64,000 bases of DNA from Perkinsus chesapeaki ATCC PRA-425 (taxonomy: Eukaryota; Protista; Perkinsozoa): assembly GCA_013115145.1 (NCBI GenBank), contig JAAPAO010000001.1:268529-332528 (forward strand), read 5' to 3'. The translations under genes were made by a program, and so were the position numbers. The notes below the pieces were generated by a model. The model worked only from the letters and a program-made list of their open reading frames with translations. It made no database searches and was not told where the DNA came from. Positions 1 to 13,233 of the stretch are shown here, piece by piece (position 1 is the stretch's first letter; each line of letters starts with the position of its first letter).

Positions 1-429
1 AACGATACCATGTGAACCCTTAATCTATGTACTATTTCCTATTGAGGGTGGAGCTAAAGCGAGCTTATGGAGACTAGTGTTGAGTGGGCATGAGAAACCC
101 AGCAAACACAGTCATATAACTCTTCTGCGATATAGAGGATGGTATGTTTCATGGGCCATCCCCTACAACGAGCAAAGCATGTCTCTCGTCCACAGATATC
201 GAATGATACCGCGGCCAATGGGGTCTGTTCCCCCAATTTGTTCACTATGTTTTATTAACCATGCCCCCCATGCCTACTCACTACTAGCCTACATGGCTTA
301 CATCTTCGATAGTACAGGTTATCATTAACTAAGCAACCAGGGTTCCATCTACGGCACGACTAAATGCTGGTCCACAGTTGGTACTTAGTCTCCTCTCATC
401 CCTCTATGACAACCCCCATAACACTTACC

Positions 430-3400
430 CTAGCAATAGCCTTATAGACTTCCCTATCCGGCTCAGTCTGATATAATATATAATAACGACATAGTGGGTA
501 ATAGGTATAAGGGCAGCCTAACTCCCCAAACACTCTGACCGTTGTACATCCCATCATCCCTACATGGTTCAAAGCTCTCTGGATCGGTCCGGCGGCGGCT
601 CAACTCGGTAGGATAACCACTACGGTCAGCTTCCCGCTGTAGATCCTGTAGGGTCGCACTTACCTGGCACGCAGTGATCTCATTCTACCGACTAGAATTG
701 CCTCCAAGTCGGAAAAGCCAAGGCTCAAGAATCTCCTCTAGAGACCAAAGCTTACAAATTTTTTCGTCAATCTATAACAGTGAACCTCAATAACTGCGTA
801 ATTGTGATGATATAAAGTGCTGGTGATAAGGAAGCATCGAATGCTCCCCCCTCAAGAGCCATAAAATAGGTATAGGCACCCACCCAGTTACTACCACTAT
901 CGTAACCGTCCTGCCGCCATCCACAGCTCCACTCAACTGCACAGGTAGACCGCAATGGAGGTATAGCTTAGCCAGCAATACCTAGCACGCTTGCATCTAG
1001 AACCTCACGATACAGCGTTAACTACCCGCCGGAAGAGCTCCAATACATCTGACCATTCCTTACCTCCATCCGAGGCTTTCCTTGAATCTGGTAGTGCTCG
1101 AAATGCACTAACCTGATGAAGAAGTCAAGACGAACCAATGCGGATAAACTGAGTCTACTAAACTACGGATCAAATTATTAATCCGATAAAATGAGTTGAT
1201 TGGACAACTAGATCAGGGGATTCCCTAAACGGCAGCGAATACAAGCCTAGATATCGTCAAATCCGCTTGTTGCAGAATGGGTCTGATGCCATGGACCGAG
1301 GACAGTTGCGATAAGGAGGGAGCTAATTGCCAGCAACCCTACAAATGCTTGTTTCTCCTTCTCAAGCTGGACCCGCTGCATGCTTCGGCCTGTCTCATAA
1401 ACCTCCTCCCCTTTAAAGCATTTACCATACCTGAACCACGACCACTCTTACACTATGAACCCCCCCGACCAAAAGCCATCAAAGGTAAGATCTAGTAAGG
1501 AGCCATAGTACATTTTGAAACGCTTCTGTACGCCAGTAATGACTCACATGCTGACAGCTTCATCCTCAGTAATGATTCTCTTCATCTGATTGCTCTTCCT
1601 CATTCCCTCATCCAACCCATTCGGCATGGTCAAGGCTACCATCTGGCAACGTGTATTAACAAGGCTACCAAAGATGGGAGTGGCTCACCCAATCGTAACG
1701 CTCAGTGTGGCATGGATCACTGTGACTGATAGAAGTAATGTGACCAACAAGTATCCTCCCACTTACTCTATTGCTTTGATTTCCCCCTTGAAAGCAGCAG
1801 TGAGCTCCTCTATATTCACCACTGGATGGTCATCAGCAAGCATCTTGGCACGTACCATGCCTCCTCCTAACACGCAATAGGGACAGTTGGAGAGGCACTA
1901 TAAATACCTGATGGAGCTTTAGAGTTTGATGAACTCATATGTGACGCAACATTTAAAGGGGCCTGAAAAAGTGATGAGTACTTGCCATTAACTAACTTCA
2001 AACACTATGCGCGGTGTGATGCGTTGAGAAACAGCGAGATTTATCAAGAGTCCAAGATAACTATCAGCGTAATTCCAGAAGTTTTTCTATGAGACTGTTG
2101 TGTAGGTGGCATGGCAATAGCGCAAGCGAACGCGCGGGATTCCTGATGGGAGAGGCTCAATCATCAGTACTTTGCCTCTATGCCTATCGACCCTGTATCA
2201 AGCCTGTCCATGATGGGCTTGGCCAAAGCCACCCTACTACCACTAAAGCTTGCTTGTGCTGCTGGGGGTAGGAGGAGGCGATGATGATATCTATCAAGGT
2301 CATCTAAGGTACTTCTAGTGGTGCTCATGTTGCTGCTGCTCCCTTGGTCGGGGCTGCCCATATGATTGAACCCTCTAGTCTGGCGGTTAAGGCATCAGCA
2401 GCAGCCATCAGTAGTGCATCACTCCTCTCCCATCATCCTCTGTATTAGGTGGTAAGGCGGGCACCGCGGTAGCAGCCACCGCTCCACCGCCACCACAGGG
2501 GCAGTCTATTCTGGACAACGGCCACCAACATGATTTCTGGTGGCAAGTCACACACGAGGTTAATCGCCTTCCTGCTCGCTGGGCTGGAGATCTGGTTTAG
2601 GGCCAGGGACTGAGTGCCGATCAGTTGAAGCATCCAGAGGCAATGGGAATCACTTCTGAGGATGGTGAGTTGTGTCGGCTGTCCCCCTCTGTCTGTTATT
2701 ATGGTTCTGACAGTACCTGTGAGCGCCGTTCCCAATCCCTACGCCATGACAACTAAACCCACTGGCAGCATGTGGGGTCCGTGGCATTACTCTCAAAATG
2801 GCGGACAAAGTCAGGACATGACGAACGTTATTGACCAAGCAAACCAAGTAGCCTTCAATAACTAATAATAGTACCCCTCATATCAGCTGACATCGAGCTT
2901 AGCCAAGAGCCCGGCCTTGAAAGATTCCATCAAGATGTATCAGAACATGGCCGCCGAACTGAAGGCTCGCGTAAGATACTCTTCCGTCTTGAACAGACCT
3001 TGGTCTCTAGCACCCTGAGTTTGGCACCTTCATCACCAAGGAGAGCACCCTCGCATCACTCCAAGGTGAAGGGGAATCTATCGGACTTAGAGTACCATGC
3101 TGTTTCTCAGCGCCGCTGGCAATGCTCGCCCAGGGAGCCACATCCGACTTCATCGGCACCGTATCGGCTGGTAGCAGGCATATCTCTGTTATTTCCTTGT
3201 TGCAAGGTAATCATCTGCCGATATAAAATACAGAAATTGGAGCCATTTCGGGACAAGCAGGATTGGCCGAGTTGCGACCCGAGCTCAGAAAAAGCCACAT
3301 TTTCATGATGTTGATTTGTTCATCATATCTGTTACTGTAGATGCGAGTGCGGCAGTTCACGGCTTTTGCTGTGAGTATGGTGGATCATGGATGGGTATGC

Positions 3401-3620
3401 CAGCAGTTGTGGCGGAGATAATGGCTTCATAACTTAATCATAAAATGATTTTACTTATTCTCATTGGTTCTCGAGACCATCGCGTTGAGTGTATTCGACA
3501 TGTATCGCCTGGGGGAGTTGATCTGGCAAATCCGTTTCACTTCAACGCCACAGAACATGGGGAGCCGTGGCGATTTGGTGCTCGATCATCACACCAAAGA
3601 TTCCTGTGTCTTTCTCTGAG
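430..3620 (-). mobile_element. Decayed Ty3/gypsy-type LTR retrotransposon pol region (RT, RNase H, integrase remnants)
   Basis: Minus-strand frames broken by stops and frameshifts carry motifs in gypsy order. RT: GSPCSVALK*NGFARS (~3520-3570), LNAMV, FISADDYL (YxDD-like, ~3204-3230). RNase H start: CPDFVRHFESNATD (~2777-2818). Integrase: MQRVQLEK..VGLLAI..GPW (~1280-1385), DSGSNWVG (~870-900), ALN..G..VFG (~525-580). No matching LTR pair is visible. Confidence 0.7.
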
Positions 3621-5867
3621 TGCCGAAGCTTTAGAGAGTTACAAGCTATTCGTTAATAATGCCGATAGATCCCATCACTGGATCAGCGATAGCTGCCAAA
3701 GTCCTCTGCACTACCGCTGCTGCTCTCCCACTAAAGATGGCTGCTGTGTCATGTGAGTTCTCTACCAAAGCTCATGCTCACGTAGTGCTGGTCAACTTAG
3801 CTCATTCCGCTGCGGTGGCGGCAACAACTGCGATGCCTCCACCCGAAGTTACAACCTTCGCGCCGACAGGCCCTCCAGAGATCACCTCCACAATGCCATT
3901 GGTGCAAATTGATACAGCTAGTCGACCAATAGGTATATTAATACTCATTAGTATCTTCCGCATACATCGGTCATAGTCACGGCGCCTATCACCATACCGC
4001 CGACACCAACGATGACTATCCCGTCGGACGTCCTTGCCAATATTGAGGGGCTCGTCAACGCCATAAGAGTGAGCTTGAGGCTACAGCGAGGAGGATGTCC
4101 GCTCAGCTACCTGAGCCGACCTCCTTCGCTCCATCGACTCCAGGCGGCACGTATCACGAATTCCCAGGGCCTGTCGACGTCCGCACCCTCCCCCATACAG
4201 GTCATTCCTCATGGTGTCTAAGCCGTTACCTTCTCAGTAGGTCATGTGGGCAGCGGCGGCGGTGGTGAAGTAAGGACACTATCAGATATTGGAATGCAGG
4301 ATGTTGTTGATAGGGCAAATGACGTAAGGGGTAACGGTTCGTTGTGTAGAGGATATAAGCGGTATTTGCTTGATATAAACTCTATAGTCTACTTCATGCC
4401 CAACTGCACCACTGGGCTCATTGTAGCCTAATACATAGGGAGGTCGCTGTGGGGGGGGCAAGGGCTTGAGGAAGGTGGGAAGGCAGTATAGTTGTTGGAG
4501 GGCGGCGGGAACGGTCCCGATATATGGTAGAGCGATGACAAGCAATGCTGTAGAGAATGGTGATGCGGAATGTGGTTCGACTCTAATGAGCCTGTGCCTT
4601 CACCGAGCTGCTGGAGTCGCTCTTGTTCTTCTCCATCATCACTACTCATTGCGTTCATTCTATTCAGCTGAATAGGCAGCTTCATGACAACCCAAGCCAG
4701 GGTATCCCGACAAAGCTCTATCAAGATGTCTACGATGAGATTGTCCGCCGAGTAAGATGATGACCTGTTCCCTCGACAAGTGTTGTTAATTATTACCAGT
4801 TACCCGCCTTTAGAGGATACGATCCAACACCACAGATTCGAGCGGCAATCGTTGATAATATCACCAACGCTCCTGAGATCACTCGTGTGCAGCAATTCTC
4901 AACCATGTTTGGTCTACTCGTGCCTTTTAGCCCTTCCCGTGGAATCCTCCGGCATCCATGAGATGATTATTCCACTGCTAAATGCGATGAGCGCCAATTG
5001 CTGTGAACTGTGCCGCAGACCGGAGCGCCAAGGAGCTTCTTCCTCATCATCATCCTCGAGTAGCTTCCTCGACATCGAAGGTAGATGTTCGACGTTACCT
5101 TCTGAGGCGTATCTTTCTGTACAGATACAAGCTTTTTAAGAAGGCTCTGGGACCAGACGTATATGGGGTATGCTGATGCCTGGATAGGCGTCCCCTCTGC
5201 TATCCATGAGATAATGGCATGAGTAGTTATCATCATCATCAGCGGCGGCGGCTACATTTCTATGTAACCTATTTCACCAACCACTTTCTATCAATTGATT
5301 CTTACCATACTATTATTGCGTTACAAGTACAAGCATATAACCATTTACCAAGGGGTAGTAGCACCTGCTATATAACTCTACAGACCGTCATAGGATACCA
5401 CGCACGATCACATGGGGATAAGTAACACTTATACTCGATGCCACCCTCATAACAAGGCCATGTTACAGACTTCGACTCGAATGTACCTCCAAGCACACTT
5501 GCTTCCCAAAACATTATGTTCCTCTGCGATGTTAGGATTATCAGTCTAACTATAAAGGGGGACGAGCTCGACTGTCAATCCTATTACAAGGGCACATCTT
5601 TATTTTGAAAGTTTTCAATAACAGATGAAATGTTTTGCCGCCTTAACTCGGAAACCAAAGCCAATACGATATAAGATACTGCATAGCCTACGTTAGCAAA
5701 AACATGCGTACTGTACACGGTGTATTAAATCTATGAAGAATCATTATCAACAGGAGGGGTAGACTCTTCATCAACCGGGGGTACATATGGAGCCAATCGG
5801 ACGCCATCAGCTGGATGGGCAGCGTCATTTCTGATCGGCAATGATCCACTAGTGGCAAAAGTCATTC

Positions 5868-6233
5868 TCACTTATTAAGTGGTTGTTGATGATTCATCGA
5901 CTCCACAAATGAATTGGTGCCAGGTTCGCGTTTAGCCGTGGCACGGCTCGGCATCGGCGCCAGTAAGGGCGGCGGTGGACTACCAACTCTCGGTAAGCCC
6001 CGGAACTGTTCCGACGAAGACGCCATTTGGGACCTGCCACCATGAGAGCGCCTGCGCCTCTTCGTAGCGTACCCTTCTGTGCCACGGGATTCGTTAACAG
6101 CCTTGGTTGCCGCTGCCACAGCTGCATTGAAGATGGCTTGATCTGCATCCCAAGCTGACGAGGGTGGTGCTGTTGGTGGCCGCTGATTAGCGTAGTACAT
6201 CTGAGATATCGGCCAGGAAGTGGAACACGTCAA
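5868..6233 (-). pseudogene. Low-complexity ORF fragment upstream of pol, possibly a gag remnant
   Basis: 121-aa Pro/Ala/Arg-rich ORF on the same strand as, and upstream of, the pol remnant. No diagnostic zinc knuckle seen. Confidence 0.3.
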
Positions 6234-7784
6234 GCGGCGGAGGCGGTTACTGGTGAATTATCTCGCCATTGTTCCATCATGCGGCATACTTGCTGTTGGA
6301 TACATTCCCTTATCTGCTGTTCAATCCTAACAAGGTGGCTCCCTGTCACGTTGTCCTCAATGCTAATACTCTTACTGGCTTCGAATCATCTCCTCTATAT
6401 ACAAGGGCAGTCCAGAACGCTGCTGCTGTGGTGGCGGTATATCTGAGCACGGAACTCCTTCTAGATGTCCTCCTTTATCGTGCTGCCTTACCGTAGTAGC
6501 CTGGACCGTACACAGGAGATGGCATCCTACTATGGTACCTAATGAGCGGTTATCGTGGTAACCCATTCCTAACTACGCTTCCCTAGACGGCAGCAGACCA
6601 GAGGACATCTGCTGCTGCTGCTGTTGCTGTTCGTATCTGTATATTCGTTCATCAACCATCACACACCGTCATGGATCCCACCTTCCCTCCATAATAGCCA
6701 TCGCAGCTGCTGCCACTGCGGCCCCAAAGGGATCCTGACCAGGGCTCTTAGCGTACTGGGCTGAGGGGGCTCCAGCCGTGTGGAACTGCTCCCCAGACCA
6801 GCAGCTCCCTGGGTTGTTGAAGCCACTATGAAGGCGTTGTCTAACTCCCTCTTGGAACTGACGCTCCCATCTGAGAGCATTGCTCCTTCAACTAGTGCTA
6901 TAAACCACCGACTGTATCCTAGCCATCTCCTCCTGCCTCAGTGCCGCCTCACGGTAGATACTCCACTTTGAGAACCCAGGACCATTCTGGTAGCCTGCCC
7001 AAGAGGTTCTGGGCCTCGTTACCTCTATGCATAGCTCACCATAAGCGGCTGGATCCATAGGGAAATCACCGGGAGGAAACTGATGTGAAGGTCTGAGTAA
7101 CAGACGTATAGGAGCATCAGATGTTAGGCACAGACGAATATTTGATATTTGCTACTATTATAGGAACACATTCTCTATCAACATTCTCATTCTACCTACT
7201 CCACATTATATGCACTTTCCGACTTCCTAGGAACACGCCTCCATTTGGAGGCCAGATGTGGCCTCGAGAGATACTAGTGACATAGTGTGACAATAGGCTA
7301 ATAGCAAACATAATAAAGTGTATGTTGTTAGTTACAAGACAGGCGGTATTCTTCAGTCTACTGGGAAATATATCCTTAGCTCTCTCTCCCAACCTACTCT
7401 GGCAGGCACGGTGTCGGTGACGGTACTGATGTGCTGGCATATGGACTTGAGGCTAGTGAGGATGACATAGGAGAACTAGAAGCGCATCGAGCTCGACCCT
7501 GGCAGCACGATCTAGTCCCCTCCACCGAGTAGTTGAGTACTCTAAGATTGCCCATAAGCGTTTGCCAGTCCATAGTGACCCCGGGAGCCAAAGGGGCAAG
7601 AGGGGAGCCTCCTACTGGACTTGATACCGGAAGTGATGGTGCGAAACCTGATAGGTCATCTTATGGTGGAATATGCACCGATTCTTACATGGTGGAGTAG
7701 CTGACGGTGGAGGCAGCTGCATACCAAGGGGCCTAGGAACCCTCTTATTATTAATTGGTAGCTGCATTGGTACCTTACGGAAAA

Positions 7785-7855
7785 TGCCCCATCCCGGGAT
7801 CGAACCCTCGACCTTTCCCTACCTTATTATCGAAGTGATCAGACTGTGTATAGGC
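7785..7855 (-). pseudogene. Decayed tRNA-like element
   Basis: 71-nt minus-strand sequence ending AGGTCGAGGGTTCGATCCCGGGATGGGGCA followed by TTTT. B-box/T-loop is intact; acceptor stem is partly paired; D and anticodon arms are degenerate. Confidence 0.45.
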
Positions 7856-8066
7856 ATTCGCCGGCCCGGATGTAATCTCTTTCGAGAGATCGACTGAAGT
7901 CGGTAGTCCAGGAACACTCATAATGTAGAATAAATTCAATCTCTCGAAAAGAACCTCTCCCATCTGCCCAACTGAACGCAGCGCCAGCATCAATAACAAC
8001 ATAACTCATTGGTAAAATGGTTTCATGAAGTTCTCTACACAGACCGCCGCCTACGGTGACGATTTT

Positions 8067-8783
8067 TCACCGCTTCGACGTCTTGACCTGATAAATAGTA
8101 ACACGAGCTCGCAACTCCTTCGTACTATGGAGATCATAGCTTGATCGCCGCGATCGTGGATGAGGCTGGTCGCTATATTGTCGATGTCGAGCACTACCTC
8201 CAGTGCCCACCCGAGATACTCTACGTGCAAGGTGCTCAGGCTGTTCATCAAGCAGCCCTCTATATGTTTGTGGGACTACAGCCCGACCGTGTGATGGTCT
8301 CCGGTGCTGCTGCTGCTGCTGCCGGTCATTCAAGCTAGTAATGGATTGACCGGACGGCGACCTGGTGGGATGTGCATGGCTTCCAGAGGTTGATACAGAT
8401 CCTGTTGGCCTGGGCCCAGTAGGGAGCTCCAGGTCTCTCGGACTGATAGGCTCCTCAATATCGCCCACCTTAGTTCCGAAATCTGAGGAGGATAGTTCTT
8501 CGAAGCTCGTTGCCGATGAAGTAATGAAGGTACCGATGGAGACGCTCCGTCTAGGTGCCTCGACTTGATGATAAGTATCCTCCTTAAGTTGAGGCCGGAC
8601 TCTTAGGTTGGAGCGTGCACTAGTATAGGCGATGCCGGTGAGTATGCTGACAGCTACCAAGGAGCCCCCTATTATAACTGGAAAAAATAACAGAGGTAAA
8701 GGCGGTACAGTGGGGCTTACAAACAAGAGCGATGCCCGAGATACCCTTATCGTCGACATCGGGCTGGATTTGAGGGCCACCAT
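8067..8783 (-). CDS. 238-aa ORF with N-terminal hydrophobic segment; possible retroelement ORF or unknown gene
   Basis: Longest open frame in the element-rich region. Hydrophobic stretch LLFFPVIIGGSLVAVSILTGIAY followed by a Ser/Pro/Arg-rich tail. No recognised domain. Confidence 0.35.
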   Translation of the reverse strand: MVALKSSPMSTIRVSRASLLFVSPTVPPLPLLFFPVIIGGSLVAVSILTGIAYTSARSNLRVRPQLKEDTYHQVEAPRRSVSIGTFITSSATSFEELSSSDFGTKVGDIEEPISPRDLELPTGPRPTGSVSTSGSHAHPTRSPSGQSITSLNDRQQQQQHRRPSHGRAVVPQTYRGLLDEQPEHLARRVSRVGTGGSARHRQYSDQPHPRSRRSSYDLHSTKELRARVTIYQVKTSKR

Positions 8784-9387
8784 CAGTCCTGAAGCCAGGA
8801 GGAATGGACGGAATGATTAAAGTGAACAACCTACGGTATATTATTTCCTTGATAGTTGTTGTAGAATCTATCACATGTAACACCATCACCATTACGAGCC
8901 AATGCCTTATCAACTTGACAGAGTGTCTGGCTGCTGCCACTGACAACAATAAACCAATCACACTTCACTAAACTAGTTTCGCGGCCAAATTGAAAGGAGC
9001 GATAAAATTGAGCTGTAAAGGTTTCTGTACGGATCCTGAGCTTAGTGGCAAATTCACAGAGTTGACCTATCAGAAAAACAAAACAGAGGCGACAATCCTG
9101 AGTTCACCTGGAGTCACATAAAGTTGGATCACGATCCCATTGGACCTCGAATCTTTGAGTATCAACATCCTAAAGAATGGTATTATTAGTGTACGCGGAT
9201 TACTGCCTCCTACTTGAATGATATAGGCTGATAGATAGGTACCAGAGCTAGGGTACTGAGCCCACACTCTAGAGCCTACATTACAGGTATAGACAAGGTA
9301 TAATAAGGATAGTAAAGGAAGGAAGGAAAACATACCAAAGTAGACGGAAAGAACAAAACTTCAAAATAAATTGCGCAGTTGGAAAAA

Positions 9388-9460
9388 TGACAGGTGTGGG
9401 GATCGAACCCGGATCGCTCATTTCCATGGACTGTGCGCACCAATTCTGCTAACAGTTGTT
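9388..9460 (-). pseudogene. Decayed tRNA-like element with A box, B box and T5 terminator
   Basis: 73 nt containing TAGCAGAATTGG (A-box-like) and GGTTCGATCCC (B box), ending CACACCTGTCA followed by TTTTT. Acceptor and T stems have several mismatches and there is no clean anticodon arm. Confidence 0.55.
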
Positions 9461-9514
9461 TTGTGAATGCTCTACCCTATCGTTGTACATGTAGAGTTTC
9501 CTTCACTCTTTAGG

Positions 9515-10508
9515 ATGACCAACATACCCGAAGTTCTTTGTCGACCGTCTTCCTTATCATCTTCTCGATCTTCTAATCTACCCCGATGGAATGGGAGACA
9601 TCATGTTGTGTTCTCTAAGGACAATGAATGCTTTACCAACTATGCAAGGAGCTATTTTGATAGGCCACGGACATTCCTTGAGGATGATATACTCGAAGGG
9701 GCTAAGATCGAGGTCCACGCAATGTAGGCAATGTTGGGCTCACATGGTTTTGGAAACCAACCCAAGTTCATAGTCGAAGATGCTTTCAAGCAGTCAATTT
9801 TTCTGGGGCGCATGGGAGCTCCGGGGGAGAGCAGTGTGACATAATGAAGATACTAGTACCTTGTGTACGTTATTGTCTGACACTGTATACGGAACGAACG
9901 ATGGGGATTCCGTAGGTTTACAGGAACAGATGTTTTGGTTAGGTACCCTACGTGGCGGTTAGACTGTTTACCACCTGGCTCCAAGGCAGCTCGAAAGTGC
10001 CCTCCTAAAAGGCGCCTATTGACGAACTCGAGGGGAATGCCAGTTGACCGGACATCAAGTGCCCAAGAGGGTCACTGGGATGGCCGTCATGCGGTGCTAT
10101 TCGCAAAGGACAATGACGTTGTCTATACCGAACAAAGATCATTTTTTGATCGCTTCCGAGATCGGCCTAATTTCTCCAAAGATCCTTTCCAGAGAGGTGG
10201 GAAGGATTCCCTATGGTTGAGCAAGCCAGTAGAGGTTGCGTTGTTCTCTCCGTTAAAACCCAGCTGGAAGCTCAGCCAGACTAGTCTTCATTACAGGGAG
10301 GGCAGTGGCCTCGGTCCCAGAGCCTCGAGTATGCCTAAATCAGGTAGCCTTGGTTGTAGAGTGGGTTGGATAAGACAGAGTGTTGTTAGTATTCCGATCA
10401 GCATTTTATGAGCCTGGAGAGTGTGATTGGGTGGAGCGTCATCAGGTGTCGTTCAGTCAAACAAATCCATCTATAAGTAAAAACCTGCGGAGCTATTTCG
10501 ATAGGTAA
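9515..10508 (+). CDS. Uncharacterised multi-exon protein with three copies of a 26-aa W-x2-RH-x-V-x-F-x3-N-x7-RS[YF]FDR motif
   Basis: Motif copies at 9587-9664, 10076-10153 and 10428-10505. GT-AG introns join the frames in phase. An in-frame TAG at 9725-9727 is unresolved. Confidence 0.6.
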
Positions 10509-11949
10509 TAGGAAGGGGGAGGATGGGTGTTTAAAAATCCTACCATCTTAAGTGGAAACCTCAATGACATTGTCCTCCGTTGAGGCTGCCATTCAAATAG
10601 GCCGTCTGTCGTAGACTGAACCTGAGTGTATTTCCGAGCTGATCTCTTGAACGTTAATCGCCGATTAAGCTGCCGTTGGAAGGTCCATTAGCTCAAGTGT
10701 TGGGTTGAGCTCGAGCATGTAGCGTTATAGAACTACTTGATTGTTGTGGAAGAACAGTGTAGTTGATAGTAATCTGCATTTGACTTTGGGGTAGGAGTTG
10801 GTGCCATTTTAGGCCTAGGGATCTAGTGGACGTACCTGGTGACGATTCATCATTAAAGGAGGTATTCATACCGACATTTCCGCAGAAATATGGGATCTAT
10901 TCAGACAACTGATGTAGCGAAGTCCCCCCGACAGCTTGCCGTTACTTGGCGGCTAGCTCCGGATGGCCGCCGAATTAGGCGGAAGCAGGTAGGCTGAATG
11001 AGGGGATAGGGGAAATCCGATGCTACCAGAAGGGATGCGTTTGATTATCAAATGTTGCATACACATGGTGACACATCGTGCTTCTACTAGGAATACTATC
11101 ATCAAAGATTGGATGCATCGAGGGAATTGGTAAAAAGCGATGTCATAGCCTATGCGCCTAGAAATTACGAACGTGTCTCGTGGGCACTTGGAGGCATCTT
11201 GAGGATCATCCTCTCCCAATGAGCTGCTGTATTGATAGGCTCGCACTGCGGCATTCTTCTATCCACCGACGGTAGTATGGATTCCACCTCGACGGAAAAG
11301 AAGAGGGAAACAGGCAGCTACAGAGGAGCTTGAAGGTAGCTTGGTGGTTGGGGGCTTATCCATGATGCTGTTTGTTAAAGGTACCAATGAACATGCTTGA
11401 ACAACATTTAGAAAGCATGTGTTACTGATGTTATGGATAATAAGTGTAGTGTTGTAACTGGGGGAGGGTTAGGGGAGAAAGATAACAGCCGCTGTTATTA
11501 ACGGCAATAGTAATACTACTGATAATATATATAATACTATTAGTAATAATGATAAATATAAGAGTATTAGTAATGATGTTATATATAATAGTATTAGCAA
11601 AGCAGCGCCTCTCTACAGATTGAATTATATCATACTTGCTGTATAATTTGTTAACCTGCCTACCATCTCGCTAAGTTGTGCCCTATCCTGAGTCCACTTA
11701 TGGATACCGAATTAATAACCCAAGCTACCTCGTATACTGCCCTTAACAGAGGCATTCTTAATACCATAATAGACCCACAACACGTACATGGTAATAATAA
11801 TAAGAAGTATATCAATTCGCACAATGGCTATTACTCAGTTGAGTATCCTCCTAGAACCGTGGAAAGGTTCCTGTATAGTTCCCCGGTGCCTACTAATGCT
11901 CCTCAAGGAGGAGTCAGAGTCTACAGTCCAAAGCCAGGTAGGTGAGACT

Positions 11950-12760
11950 GAGCTGGTCACTTGATGGTTGATCAGGTGTGTTGATTAAGACGGATCCGTT
12001 GGTACCATGCCGAGATCGAAAGGGTAGTAAGTTTGAGAGGACCCATTGGCATTGACCATGTTATATGTTAGTGTCTTTGTAACGTTATGAGGTTGTTGAG
12101 TTCCTGGGGGGTCTTCGGGGAGTTGATTGCATCTTCGGCTGCATTTGTCGCATTCATTAATCCTGCCTAGGACTAGGGATGTATGTGATGCGATGGCTAG
12201 CGGCCTTGGAGCCAATAAGTATTTCAATCATGCACGTCTTCCTCGACAGCCGTTTCCTATCAGCCTCAGTTGCTATCACCATGTCTGATGGTGAGATACC
12301 GGAAATAGTGAACCAATGACGTAAAAACTTTTTACGGGTTTTCGGGGTTTTTCCTAACAAGCCTTCCTGTGAAGGTTTGGTATGTTCCCACGAGCATCGT
12401 CGTATGGTAGATTGTCATTTTCTATTGATGTCATCTCTGTTTTGATTATGCAGTCATCGCTTCCCCCACTGAACGCTACTACGAGCGTCTATTCTTGCGG
12501 CTCCACAGAGCGTCATTTTATTCGAGAGTTTGACAACACAAATTCCTGTCTTCCTGATATATTCAAATCTGGTAGGATATATGGTTACAAAGATATTGCC
12601 AGGGGAGTTGACCGAGGCATGAGGGCTGGTATGAAGCAAAGTGAAGGAAAGCTGAAGGGAGGAAAGGGCAATCCGCCGATGGATTCCATGTCCATGTGGA
12701 GCAGTTCTGGCGACAGTAGCTTTGGAGGGGACTTGTGGTTGGAGGATAGCAGTACTGGAC
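11950..12760 (-). mobile_element. Second decayed gypsy-like reverse transcriptase fragment
   Basis: Minus-strand fragments EYIRKTGI..NKMTLCG (KTAF/MPFGL-like), LPYDD and KFLRHWFTISGISPSD (FLGH.IS..GI.PD-like) occur in RT order, interrupted by stops. Confidence 0.4.
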
Positions 12761-13233
12761 ATATGGCAACCATACGGAAGGTAGTAATAGAGGGGAAGTG
12801 TACGGTAGTATAGTACGTAGATAGTATAGTAGTCGTAGTAGTATAGTATGTAGGTAGAAGTGTACGGGCTGTTACGTACTTGTAACGGGGGTAGTAGCTG
12901 GGAAGGAAGGGTAGAATTAAGGTTATGGGGTTACCTGTGGGCTATATTGGAACATGTAATGGAATATACTATAGATGATGCTGCTCTACTAGCTGCATAG
13001 GCACAGCGTGCCCGGCTTTGATAATAGTCGGTTGTCGTAAATCCGTCCGAGTTAGACGACCTGTATAAACCGTCCAGGCCAGTAAGTTCGAAGCATAGCA
13101 AGACATTTTACACTTCAATGTTGGTTACTTTTCGAGGACTGTCACTCAGTGGCGGCTACTAGAAATGTTTCTGTGCTACCGTGTGTTAGTGGTACCTCCG
13201 CCTTGCTGTTAGGCACCGTCTAATAGCGCGGCC

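Noticed and set aside
8976-8987. TGGCCGCGAAAC on the minus strand as a retroelement primer-binding site after a ..TTTCA LTR end
   Set aside because: No matching second LTR is in the window and I cannot match it to a plausible tRNA 3' end.
11480-11600. AT-rich TAA/TAT low-complexity tract (also the TAGTA-like tract at 12805-12860)
   Set aside because: Simple-sequence decay with no stable period or structure.
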